From: Vicugna vicugna
Lineage: Eukaryota
Reading direction: 5' to 3'
DNA length: 64,000 nt
NCBI GenBank assembly: GCA_013265495.1
Contig: MU058636.1
Location: 5,429,741-5,493,740, forward strand
Shown here: positions 52,321 to 64,000 of the stretch, piece by piece
How the letters are laid out: every line of letters begins with the position of its first letter
How positions within the stretch are numbered: the first letter of the stretch is position 1
Program-made: the position numbers and the translations under genes
Notes under the pieces: generated by a model
What the model saw: the letters and a program-made list of their open reading frames with translations, nothing else
What the model was told of the DNA's origin: nothing
The model's database searches: none

Positions 52321-53799
52321 ATTATATATGAGGGCACTAAAAGGGTGCTAGAGAAATTGGATAAGGGAGAAATTTTAGGGAGAAGACACAGAAAATCATC
52401 TTAATTGATTTAACTGTATGTGATACTGAGATGTCTAAATGGAAATATAGGTATAGGATGGCTAGATTCTTGTGGTCGTTGAGTTCAAGGTGTCCCAGAT
52501 ACACAGCCCAGAGCCTTTAATTAACCATGGACCCCGTAAGAATAACCCAAGACTGTGAACTGGAGCCCCACCCATCCCTACCCCTGTCCTAAAGTGAAGA
52601 GACAGCCTGATTGCCTCTTTTGGAGGATAGGCTGCGTGTCCTCCGCTTTCTGCTCATTCTCAAGGCTAACTGTATATCGACTGGCCTTTTCCATGGCATT
52701 TCTTCCCAATACAAACACTCCAAATACAGTCAAAACTCTGAAATTTGACCTCCAAACAAAACTTTTGGCATTTAAAAATTTCAAGTCTTTTGATAGATGA
52801 TCCCAGATTAGCGCTCAGTGGAATTTTGTGCACTCGTGGCAGAAAGCAAGGAGCGCTTCTGCGGGAGCCAGGAATGGCTCGCTGTGCTTTCATCTGTCTG
52901 CTGCTCCTTCTGCTCCTTCACCCACATTCCAGCCTCCTCAGCAGCCGGTTCGGAGGGAGCCAAGGCAGTTCTGCCAAGTAGGAAAATGCTTGAGATACAA
53001 GTAGTGGGTGGAAAAAAGGCAAATCTGATCTGGAGGGCTGCTTTTGAAATTACTTGAATCCAAAGGTCGTGGGTTAATGTCGAAGCCTCCCTGTGGGCTT
53101 CGAAGCTCATTTTGAGGATTTCCACCAGTTGATTTTCGATGTATATGCCCAATTCTTTGTCAGTAAGCCTTCCCAATATGCACCCACCACATGCCCAAGG
53201 ACCACAGCAGCCAAGTCAGGGATATAAACATTCTCAGCCATGACCGGGACCCTCCATGAAAGGTTTCAGCATGGATTCTCTTCTGATTCAGTGTCCCCAC
53301 CTCTAGGCCACGTCTCCTACTTGGAGTCCAGATCCTACAGCAAAAGACTTGTAGGTGGTAATAGATTTCCTTTATTTTGTCTCTCAGCCCTCCCCACACT
53401 CTTCAGTAAACTTCACCTCTTCAGGCTTCTGAGAGCATGTTCTCTGCCCTCATTCTATCCCCTGGGGACCCAACCATCAGCTCCAGTTAATATGGCCAGC
53501 AATCTGGTCTGACTTGTCCTGGGCTCATTGCCTGCACCCATGCATTCTAGCCAAACCAAAATTCTTTCACTTTTATAAGTTGTTTCAAAGATCTGGAATT
53601 GTGTGATTTCCTACTCTTTCACCCTGTCAAAACCTATTGCCTTCAGAAACATTTTCATGACTCATGCAAAAACCTTTACTATGACCAGTCATGTTAATAC
53701 CTGTAAATAGTGGTTATGTGGCACATTAACAGATTAGCTTGTTACATGTTAATATGGAATCCATTTGTTCATTGCAACTACTATGGGTATAAAGTTTTT

Positions 53800-54310
53800 A
53801 TATCTTGGATTTGGAAAGGACATTAAATAACTTCTAATCCAACTACTCAACTGCTATACAAGTCACTGTCAGATCATTTAACCAAAGTTCTACCTATATA
53901 TATGAAGCATATTAACTCACCGAGGACCACAAGCTGTTTAAAAAAGTTTTTCCTTATAATTTCTATTCACTGGCTCTAATTTTGTCATTTGGAATTAGGA
54001 CAAATGTATTCCTTCTTCCATATGCTTATTCTTTAGATGTGTTTAGAAAGCCAATCTGTCCCTTATAAGGACCTTCTTTTGTAGGTCAAACGTTCCTTTT
54101 CAACAAACTACATAACTTCTAACTACTCAGCAAGCTGAATGCTGTCTTTTGGATCTGCTCCAGTTTATCAATATCTCTTTAAAAATATGGTTCCTATCCT
54201 AAATTTAGAGACTTAAACATGGCCAAGCACGGCAGTATAGAGTACAATATGTGGGTACCTCTGGCATTCAGGGGATTGCATTCTTGCTGATCCATCCTGA
54301 GATTATGAGA
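53800..54310 (-). mobile_element. L3/CR1 LINE 3' region
   Basis: ttggaaaggacatta...taatccaac; attccttcttccatatg; tttggatctgctccagtttatcaatatctctttaaaaatatgg. Confidence 0.6.
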
Positions 54311-54334
54311 GGTTTTATTTTTTAAATCTATAGT

Positions 54335-54510
54335 TATTCAATCATTAATTCAACATTGTATTAATTTGAATTAACTGAATGCCTGCTCAGCATGGCAGTA
54401 CCTATGAAAGATACAATGATGAATACAATGTGGTCCTTGCCTCAGGGGACAGTCTGCCAGAGAAGACAGGAAAAGCAACTCACCATTACAGCAATGTTAA
54501 GTACTGCGTG
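54335..54510 (-). mobile_element. L2 3' end
   Basis: attcaatcattaattcaac...actgaatgcctgct...gatacaatgatgaatacaatgtggtccttgcctcagg. Confidence 0.65.
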
Positions 54511-55224
54511 GGAGGCTAACTCTGTCAGTAGACTGTGTTACAGTCAATCTAAGTGGTGCTTCTGTATCTCCATAAAATCTGCTGTTAAATGAGCGTTCTC
54601 TATTCTGTACTTAACAAATGACCTTTCAAACTTAAGAACAGATCTTTACATTTACTGGAATTATTGACATATTTTCAATTCCTGGTTTTTCTCCTCCTTT
54701 CTTTCTCCTACTTAATTCTGCCCTGTTCTTTGAAGTAGCTAACAAAAATACCTATATTATGAAAGTATAAAATAAACAGGTAAGTGTATTTGGCAAAAGG
54801 TAAAGTAAGGGTGGAAATATAAGAAAGCCAAGTTCACAGAAATACAAGCCACACAACCCTGTACCTTTGCAGGAGATGGCTGAAAATGTGGCTTATGATT
54901 CCTAACAGACAAAGCAAAAGGGAGACAAGATCAATTACAAGACTTAACATCTGTAAGATAAAAACAAAACAGTGACTCAAGATAAACACAGATCACCTGG
55001 TACTGAGACCCTCTAACCCCCAGGAAAATTTTTCCTGAGTCCTCACAAAGAATCAGCAACCTTAATAATATTGGATATGGTAACAAACCTCAGCCCACGG
55101 TTTCTTCACTGAAACCTCAATGTCAATAATAGTATGATAACAAAGCTCTCTTTAAGAAAAGGAATTTTATGAGGGCCCCTAGAAAACGTGGTTTGAGTGT
55201 GCTATTCTCCGTGATTTTTTAAAC

Positions 55225-55750
55225 TGTGTGTTAAACTGCATCGTTTCCTTGCTTAAAATACTTCAAAAGTTTTCCATTGCACCTGGAAAAAAATCTCGAC
55301 TTCTTCTTTGGCCCAGGAGGTCCTGCCTGATCTATCCCCAGTTTAGCATCCCACCTTGTCCATCTCCTCACTAGCTTTCTCCACTTGGAGACTTGGCTGC
55401 CCTAGAGCCTTCTTTTCACTCGTGCTACTCCTCAGCCTGGAATGCTCTTCACAGAGCCCTTTCCACCACTGGCTCCTTCTCAGCTTTCAAGTACCGGCTA
55501 GCTGAACAGTCTCAGGCGGGCCATCCTGTTCACTTCACCTAAGCGGGAACAGCATCTCATGTGTTGGCTCCATAGCACTTTCTATCTTTGTGATTAATAT
55601 TCATTTGCTCTTTGACCTATGTGTTGCCTTTTTCTCCCCCAGTAGACTGCCGTATCTGGACCACGGTTATTTCATGCACATTGTATGTGCCCACCACAAG
55701 GCCTGACACACAGTAGGAAATCTATAGTGACAGGCTGAATAAATGATGGA
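55225..55750 (+). mobile_element. L2 3' region
   Basis: ttgcttaaaatacttcaa...ttccattgcac...gcctggaatgctctt...gcctgacacacagtagg...tgaataaatga. Confidence 0.75.
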
Positions 55751-56887
55751 GGAAAAAAATTGAATAAACGATGATCTGAATTTTTCCAAGGATAAAATTT
55801 AGAATGTCTAGAGGAGTGAATACATATTTTTTTAGGCACTCTTTATAAATAATGTTGTTGCTAAACAACTTGGGTTGGATAAGAACTGAATGGCAGATAA
55901 TTCAAAGGTTTTTTTCTTCCCCAACAGCCTTAAATGCACATTTCTCTTTGTTGGTTAGGGGCAGAAGTATATGCTTTGAGCAACAAACAGAGGACAGTTT
56001 AAGGTCCCTTGTGAAAATTAGGGAGCCTGGAAGGAATGAGCAATATTTCTCCACAGAAAGAGGATGAAGGGCATAAAAAATTATCTATCTTTCTTAGCTT
56101 TGAACCAGCCTCAAATTCTATTAAGCACACCTGCTGTGCTTTCAATTAAAAAGTGGAACAGCACTGGGCCAGTTGTCCATCGTGGACCCATACTGTATCT
56201 GAGTTATCAAAACCGTCTCTGTTTCTTCATGCTCATAAATATCTTTTAATAATTTCTTCAAAAATTTTCCTGGAGATTTTAATTTATTTATTGTTTGGTA
56301 TTTCTAGAACTTATATATTTTTGCCCTGATTGAAAACAAATGTAATTGCTAATTTTGAGTGTTTTTTTTTTTAAAGAATTGCTTAGATAATTAGAACAGA
56401 TCTTTCAGTCCCTTAGGTGGAATGTCTTTGTTTAGAGATATACTCAACTGCATTGGGTTAGATTCTATAACTTCCTTCTCCATCTTGAACAACCATGAAT
56501 ATATTTTCTTCATGTTCATTCAAATTATAATTTGAATATGAAAGGGAAGCTTGCTCAGTAAAGAAATCCTATGATACATCCTTTGGTAAATTCTCCACAT
56601 TACCTGTTTTGTAAATGTTTGAGATTGCTCAACGAAAAGCACACCATTATTAAGATGGTATGCTGGAACCAGAAGGTTGATGATTGAGATTCTGGAAATA
56701 TCACTCTATTATCTCACCACCGACCAATCAGAAGAAGGTCCATGAGCTGATCAGGCACCATGCAGCCCTCACTTCTACTGTTGCCTTTAAAAATTCTTCC
56801 CTTAAAGCCATTAAGGAGGTCAGGTCTTTTGAGCATGAGCAGCCCATTCTCCTTGGTACCTTGCAATAAATGCTGTACCTTCCTTTA

Positions 56888-56888
<1 letters not shown>

Positions 56889-56922
<34 letters not shown>
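56889..56922 (+). repeat. (CA)17 microsatellite
   Basis: Direct reading. Confidence 0.97.
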
Positions 56923-56926
<4 letters not shown>

Positions 56927-58619
56927 GTATGCTAACATGTAGCCCTGGATCCAGTCTCCATATATAATTGCTTCCCATCTGGCATCAGTTGGGTATTGAG
57001 TAAAGTTTGGAAATAACCACAGCCACAAATTGAAGCAGAATAAGGGTGTGGAATTAATAATGTAATTGTACTTCTTATATATTTAAACCACATATACCTT
57101 ATTGGATAAATTTAGCTCAGTACACTAAGAATATGTTAGAATGTTTTCCCTCCTTATTCCTAATATAAGACCATCAGTCCATACTTTAAAGAATGGAAAG
57201 TGATGCAAGGGGAAGGAATGGCATTAGAACACATTCCATACAGTGAGAAGCACTAAGAATTTGAGAAGGTAGCAACATAGCTCTCTAGAGCCCTAGATAT
57301 TGGTATCAATGGAATTTGTAGTTGACTGGGATGACAAACCTGAGGGCTTACGGCTGGACAAAAAGAGGAAGTTCCTCTTTTGAACTGGGAAGAATGATTT
57401 AACTAAAGGTGCTTCATAATTAAAATATAATTTTTATCTTGTTTGTCATGAATACAGACAAAGCCACTAATTAATTCATATTACAGCTTCTTTCTTTCAC
57501 CCTTTCTTAGTCAAATATTTCTCATGTATATTTCATGCCAGACACGGTGCCGGACACCAAAGGTACAAAGATGAATAAGACACTGCCCCCACCCAGTGAA
57601 TAATTCCCTATGCTAGACCCTCTTCTTCAATTACTGAGAGATTAGTATTCAAATTGCCACGTCATAGAGACCTCTTGGATTCTAAGGTTCAAGTTGGAAG
57701 GGCTCACCTTTCCCTCAGTGCTCCTCTTGACTCTTCCCTCTTTAAACCCACCAAAACTCTAAGGTCAGGAGATACCTCACAGCTGTGGCTATTTCCTGGA
57801 GGCAACAGTCCCTTTAGAAGAAGGACTATGGTAGATAACGGTAAAGAATTAAGGGGAAAACTGACTTCAGGAGTCACGGGCTTGGGCAGAAGGCAGAGGG
57901 GTCTGCTGGAGAAGGTTTACAGCGACAGCATGTGTTCAAAGTCCTGAATCTAGCCATCAGATTGTACTTTGGCTTTGGGAAACATACTATCCTCTGTCTA
58001 ATCGTCTTTCAAAATTGGTATAATTCTACTTTTAAAGGCAAAGCGGGTTTCTGAACCTATACCAATAGTAGCTTCCCTTGAAGGTTCCTTAGGCTCCTTT
58101 GAACTGAGAGAAGAAAAGGGTATTGCTTGGCTGTTATGGCTGTTTCGTACAGCTTTTCTAGGGAAGTTGTTTTCTGTTAGAGACTATATGTGTGTGTACA
58201 AATACACAGAGGCTGTCTGAAACTTCTCATATTATTATTTTTCCAGAGCTTGATGTTTATCAAAGCACATGGTGGCCTCTGGCCAACCTCTGAGAGTACA
58301 TCATAATCACACTGTGTCTTGTGACACAGACCTGTTTAAACAGACCCAGTACAACAGAGATAGCTAGGCGTGGTTACCTTCTCCTTATGTTGCTCCACCA
58401 AGATGACTCAACAACAATCAATCACAGGAAAATACTTAACTAAGCAACAAAAATGTGTTTGCTGCACAGAAGAACAGAACATGATCAAAAGCTCCTCTCA
58501 ATCTTTGATGAACTTAAAATACACCCTTTCATTCTCTGACTGTGGGGGTGTCAAGGGCTGTCCTTGGCCTTGGCTTGTTTCTCAATACAGATTACCTTAG
58601 ATCTAGCCCCACGACATTC

Positions 58620-58857
58620 AGTTTATCAACCAGTGTATTGTTGCAAACCAAAAATGTAGGGCACAAAATGGTGTGGTATATACTATGATTTCAATTAAAG
58701 TTTTTAATGCACAGTAAAAAAAAAAGATTAGAAGAAAACACACCAAAGAGATAATTATGACCATTTTTAGCATAACAGAATTATGGGTGATGTCTTTTAA
58801 ATTTTCATTTTCCAAATATTGTATTGTATGACTAAAGATATTGCTTTTATAATGAGG
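58620..58857 (+). mobile_element. Old L1 (L1ME-type) 3' end
   Basis: tatatactatgatttcaatt...aagattagaagaaaacacaccaaa...aattatgggtgat...ttgcttttataatga. Confidence 0.55.
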
Positions 58858-60089
58858 GATCCAGTCTAACCAGTGATTCAGGCCAGGAGGTATGGAGAAG
58901 AAGCCTCAGATCCAGCTTATTTCCATCTGCCTCTGTGTCTTGCAGATGGAAGACAGAGACAAGAAAAATCTGCACAGAAAAGATAGGGTCTACACTTTGA
59001 ACTTCCTTAGTGCCTCACACAGCATTAGACAAAACCCCAGTGATCAAAATAAGAGAAAGGGAAAAGAGAGAAAACAAAAAAAAGGTTTTGATTCTCTTTT
59101 CAAAATGCCTCTCACATCCATTCCTTCTTGTGTTACTGCCTCCAACAGGCAGGGACCAGCCCTCTTGCCTAAATGATTCTGACAGTCCAACTTGTGTCCC
59201 TGTCTACTCCTGCCTCCACCATGTCTGCCCTGAACACCACAGAACATTTGGCTTCTCAGGATACCACTTCCATCATACTTGTCTCCTGCTGCAAAGCACC
59301 AAATAACATCCCAGCTCTACCGCTATCTCTTAAGGTCTCCCCTTGCTCATTGACGTGGGTTTATATGTCATATCTCGTATACATGTAAGTGGACCAAGTA
59401 TACATGATTATCAGTTCATTTAAACCAAGGAAAAATAAACTAGTTGAAAAAGAATTTTGTATCACACTTCTTGAATGTTGCCCTTTCCCTTTTGGGAAAG
59501 ATTCAATAGGAGTGTTAAGAACTATCAACTGCACAGACTCGATCTCTAGATACAGAAAACTATCTTTTCAGGTATTCTTAGTTTTAAAACTTGGGATAGA
59601 TAACATAAAACATCCTTATAATTGTTTTCTAAGAGCTGATATTTACTTCAGCTTTAGAAATACAGGTAAGCACATTATAGTTCTCACCTCTCAACAACAA
59701 GTAAAATTCATTTAAATAATATAGTGGCGACATTAGGAAGCACTCAGATAAAGCAGTCTATGCACCGAATACTTCCTGCAAATTTACTCAGAAGTGCTAT
59801 TTTCACCAGTGTACTTAAAATTCTAATTTAAAAAGAAACTGTTAAAGACAGTATCTTTTTTTGGAGAATAGAGGAAGAGAAAGTGATTTTAAATTAAAAA
59901 AGCAAAACAAAACAAAACAAACTTGGCCCATACTTTCTCAGATCTGGACTCGAAGGTCCCCTGGGGTCCTGTGGTCGGGGCTGGCAAGTCATTCTGTGGT
60001 TCTCTTGAAATGTGCACAGAGGCAACCTCTCCAAACTGCACTTTCATCATCCTGCTCTAAGCAATTAGACGAACGGGCCCAAGCATTTG

Positions 60090-60205
60090 GAATCAGTTAT
60101 ACTCAACAACCAGTTTTTGAACTCCCATTCTGTGCCAAGCAACGTTCTTCATGCTGGGAATGCATCAGTGACTAAGACAGACAAAGAACTCTGTCCTAAT
60201 GAAGC
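60090..60205 (-). mobile_element. L2 3' end
   Basis: actcaacaaccagtttttgaactcccattctgtgccaagc...tgctgggaatgcatcagtgactaagacagacaa. Confidence 0.65.
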
Positions 60206-60389
60206 AATGTGTTGTAACCAACGAATATAATAGCATGAATATATTTACTCATGATCTATGAGCCACCACAACTCGAGCTGTTTGCCGAATTTTGTGCATG
60301 TTTTCCAGTTTTTAGAGCATAGGTCTTTGAATTTTGTCAGCAATTCAAAAGATGCTACAACTATCAAAACATTTTTTAAGTAGCTCTAA

Positions 60390-60600
60390 AGTATAGTTCT
60401 AGAACACTTAAGAACCGTGGCTTTTGGAGTCAAGTCGACTTATATTCAAAGTCAGGCTCTGTTACTTATTAACTACATGGGCTTGGACAAACAAAAATTA
60501 GCTTACTTTTCTGCATCTTAGTTTTCTTATCTATAAAATTGATGTTAGGCCTCATAAGGCTCTTGTGAGTGTTAAATTAGATTATGGACATGAAGTGCTG
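60390..60600 (+). mobile_element. MIR
   Basis: ggcttttggagtcaag...ggctctgttacttattaact...ttagttttcttatctataaaat...cctcataaggctcttgtgagtgttaaatta. Confidence 0.8.
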
Positions 60601-60736
60601 TGAGATTGGTGCCTTCCTCCCCTGCTCTCATCATACAGCTTCTGACCCAAAATGTGAGTGAGAAATTTGAGGCAAGTTCAAGGCACAAAGACAGAATAGT
60701 TGCCTTTGGCAGCTGGGAGGTCCTTGTCCTTAATTT

Positions 60737-61316
60737 TTTTCTTTTCTTTTTCTTTTTTCAGATTTATTAGGTAGAATGGTTACAATTTGACTACACATAG
60801 ACAATATATTACATGTAAATACATATACACAATAATATACTGCACACATTTTTTTAAATTTACATATATGTACTGCTCATTGTTTCTAAGAATGTTTAGA
60901 ACTTTAGCTTTTTAAACTTGCATGGTTATCAAAGGAATAAAGCCAACCACAAAATAAGAATTAATTCAAAAAGATACATACACCTCGCTATTAATAGCAA
61001 CATTATTTTTAACTGCCAAGATATGGAAACATACTAAGTGCACATCAATAGATGAATGGATAAAGAAGATGAAGCATATATAGGTAATGGAGTACAACTC
61101 ACCCATAAAAAAGAAGGGTATTTTGCCATTTGTGGCCCTCCATTCACTTTTTTTTTTTTCACTTCAAAAACCAGAATTTTATAACTGGCATAAACATTTC
61201 CATTGCATCAAAAACAGCAAAATACCTAGAAATAAACTTAAACAAGGAGGTTATCTATACTCTGAAAACTGTAAAACATTGATGAAGGACACTGAAGATG
61301 ATACAAAGATATGGAA
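60737..61316 (-). mobile_element. Chimeric retroposed insertion with poly(A) tail and 15-bp TSD, containing two antisense L1 ORF2 fragments
   Basis: TSD CCTTGTCCTTAATTT at 60722-60736 and 61317-61331; minus-strand AATAAA 60763-60768; T-rich tail 60734-60758; L1 pieces at about 60961-61136 and 61195-61316. Confidence 0.88.
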
Positions 61317-61689
61317 CCTTGTCCTTAATTTCAACGTGGTCAGCCATACCGGAAATACCATAGGTCAGCGAGAAAGGTCCAAACTAAGAGTTTATGATTG
61401 CATGAAATCACCATCATTATATGTACGAAACAGGAGGATGTCTAGACTTTTCTTTGGAGAGCATTTTATGACCCAGTAGTATGGCCAAACTTTGTTCTTT
61501 GATTCTTCAAGTGGAATAAATGCTCATTTTAAGCTATATGATGGTAATTGGTGCAATTCTCTTAGTATAAATCAGAGAGAGAATACTCCAGGTGATACTT
61601 AAGTCATCTTCCACTTGTTCAGAATTTTATACTTTTTAAAGATTTAAAAATTATAAATTTAGGCTCTTGGTTTCACTCAATGATGGAAA

Positions 61690-62125
61690 CAACCCTTTAA
61701 AGAAATCCTTTGAAAGGGTCTGCTAGGCCGGGCTTAGATTTTCCCTTATTTGCTCTCACAGCCTTAATAATTACATCTTCCTTCTTGCTCTCTGTTCCCA
61801 GGACACTGGCCTTCCTTCCAAGGCCTTTGAAGATGCAGTTCCCTCTTCCTGGGCTGTAACACCAACTACCCCTAGAGTGGCATAACAACTACTGCTCAGC
61901 ACTCCTCCCCTCAGGGATACTTCTCCTGTCTGCCCATGTAGCACCCTGAACTTCTCCCTGGTAGCTTCTGCGGGAGGAGGAGATTATGTGATTACTATCT
62001 GTCTATGTCCCTAGTCTGCACATTATATGCAGGCAGGAATCACATGTATTTCTGCTCAGTATTGTATCATAGCATTTAGCCCAGTGCCTGGCACCTGGGA
62101 GTAGATAATACATTTTGGTAGAACG
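61690..62125 (+). mobile_element. L2 3' region
   Basis: cactggccttccttccaaggcctttgaagatgcagttccctcttcctgg...gcaggaatcacatg...cagtgcctggcac. Confidence 0.7.
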
Positions 62126-62914
62126 GAATGTTAGATGAAAGGCCAATAGCACAGATGGCATTTTTCACTCTGCACGTGAGAAAATGAAGTGACATGCAGA
62201 AGGGGATCTGACTACCCAGTGAGGATGGAGCGTGGGGACCTCGTGCCTTGACTGGTGCTTTATCCCTCCTCGCCCAACACCGTGTCTTCTCTTCTCTCTC
62301 TCCTCTTTCAAATTGGACTCTGTTCTAATTCAACGTGTCTAATATACCTTTTACCTTAGTATGTGGAGTCTCAGTTTATAGTCAGGACTAACCTATGAAA
62401 AACTCAAAGCTACTGGTACATACCGAATGTCACTCCCAATCAAGTTCTTCTGCAGGGAATTTCTGCCCTGAGTTTTGTTTGTTTTTTAGACTCACCCATT
62501 TATTTTTAAATTGTTCTCAAATTATTTTCTCCTTTCATTTTTGTGCCTACAAGCAGAGAGATGCTCAGGAAGACTCCTTGTCAGTAACGGGGGTAGAAAT
62601 GGGGGAGGAAAAATTGACACAAGCCACAGGGCAACATTAAGCCAAAGGAAAGTCATCGTGCTGCCCCCACAACAGTACGGTTAGAGAAAAGATGACACAA
62701 ATGCACACCTCCCTGGAGGAAGAGTGGAAAAGGAAAATAATGACACCAGCCACGCTACCTAACAGTGTCGGCCTTCCAATGCCTGACACTGCACTGAAAG
62801 GCTCTCTCTGCCCAGAGTCAGTAAGACCTGAATTTAATGTTTGCTAAGTGTAACCAGATGCAGAATTTGGGCTCATTCGCCTTCACACCTAGTTGATATG
62901 ATAGCTCACATTTT

Positions 62915-63035
62915 TTAACACTAGGTGCCAGGCACCATTCTAAGTGCTTTACATATCATATCTCATCTAATTCTCAAAACAACCCTATGAGGTGGTTACT
63001 GTTTTTCCCTAACTTTACAGATGAAAAAACTAACC
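62915..63035 (-). mobile_element. MIR
   Basis: gtgccaggcaccattctaagtgctttacat...taattctcaaaacaaccctatgaggt...tttacagatgaaaaaact. Confidence 0.85.
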
Positions 63036-63039
63036 ATCT

Positions 63040-63400
63040 ATCTTCCTGCCTCCTGACTCTCCTAGCTCCAGTTTTTCACATACATAGTTGCCAGAATAAT
63101 CTTCTAAAGTATACTTCTGATACATTATTTATAAACATCAAGAAGTCCCCCACTGACAAAAGGATGACATCTAAATTCTACAGTCTGGTATTAAAGGCCT
63201 GTCATAATGGACTCCCTTCTTGCTACCTGAAGAAGCCTTGAAATTTTTCATGTTTGGAAGGAATGAGATTCCACCTCTGTCCCCACTGCCTGTGGTGCTC
63301 TCTTCTTTGCTCCTTCCATTCCTATGCATTTTTCAAGACCTAACTCATTGGCCTCCTTCTCTGGGAGGCCTTTCTGGGCCATTCTTGTACACATGGCCTC
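63040..63400 (+). mobile_element. L2 fragment
   Basis: gccagaataatcttctaaa...cccccactgac...tggtattaaaggcc...ttttcaagacctaactca...ctctgggaggcctttc. Confidence 0.55.
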
Positions 63401-63574
63401 CTCTCGCCTCTGCATGACCATGAAACTTATTTCTGTAAGAGTCACTGAGTACTTCATTCTGAGATACACTGTATTATCTCTTATTGCTCTTATATTAAAA
63501 ACTTCTCGAAGCCCACAATATGCCATGCACATCTTTGAACCTTCCTCCTGACCCAGTCCTGTGCCTCCCTCAGA

Positions 63575-63790
63575 GAGGCAGTGTGGTGTAGTAGAAAGAG
63601 CAAAGCTCGGGGGCCAGCAAGGCTCAGATCCAAATCTTGACTACTCTTACTGGTTAGATGGTCCTAGGCTTCACTTATACCTCCTACAGCCTCCACGCCC
63701 TCACTGGCAAAATAAAGCAGCATAACACATGCTTTGCACTATACAGTCTATACTGTGTCATTATACGTGATAGAGCTCAAGAAATTATTA
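63575..63790 (+). mobile_element. MIR
   Basis: gaggcagtgtggtgtagtagaaagagc...ccaaatcttgactact...tagagctcaagaaattatta. Confidence 0.65.
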
Positions 63791-64000
63791 ACAGAATTTC
63801 TGATTGACAGATGATATACTAACTGCTGGCCAGATTCCCAAAGGCCCTAAAGTCACACAAGGCATATTATATCAAGCACTGGTATTTAAGTACCACTATG
63901 ACCTGGCACTTGTCAGGGAGAAATACAGGGAGAAGAGTATATTACATGCCAAAGACATCCAGGGAAAATTACTCCTATGAGTCAAGGTGGTAAAGCAATG

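Noticed and set aside
57361..57381. 10-bp inverted repeat AAAAGAGGAA-G-TTCCTCTTTT
   Set aside because: Low complexity and short; bacterial terminator logic does not apply to mammalian DNA.
1..64000. tRNA, rRNA, snoRNA or miRNA genes
   Set aside because: None recognised by eye; an Infernal/Rfam scan would be needed to exclude them.

Overview
Eutherian mammalian genomic DNA, almost entirely non-coding. The only protein-coding feature I can support is the first coding exon of STARD13 (DLC2 RhoGAP, alpha-type N-terminus MFSQGPRTPASGCYYLN...KIQQ) on the minus strand at 48749-48917. It has a canonical GT donor and a compact promoter just upstream (TATA-like, GTCACGTG E-box, CCAAT). Bases 1-48748 are its first intron; 49.3-64 kb is upstream DNA, probably intronic to longer isoforms. 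The rest is old interspersed repeats (MIR, L2, L3/CR1, L1M, MLT1 LTRs, hAT DNA transposons), microsatellites and small tandem duplications. I recognised no Alu, B1/B2, Bov-tA/BovB, PRE-1 or Can-SINE. The most unusual item is a ~580-bp retroposed insertion at 60737-61316 with a perfect 15-bp target-site duplication and an AATAAA/poly(A) tail, built from two antisense, out-of-order L1 ORF2 fragments plus AT-rich sequence I could not assign; it may be a lineage-specific non-autonomous retroelement. Repeat family names come from recalled consensus similarity, not a search, and repeat boundaries are approximate.
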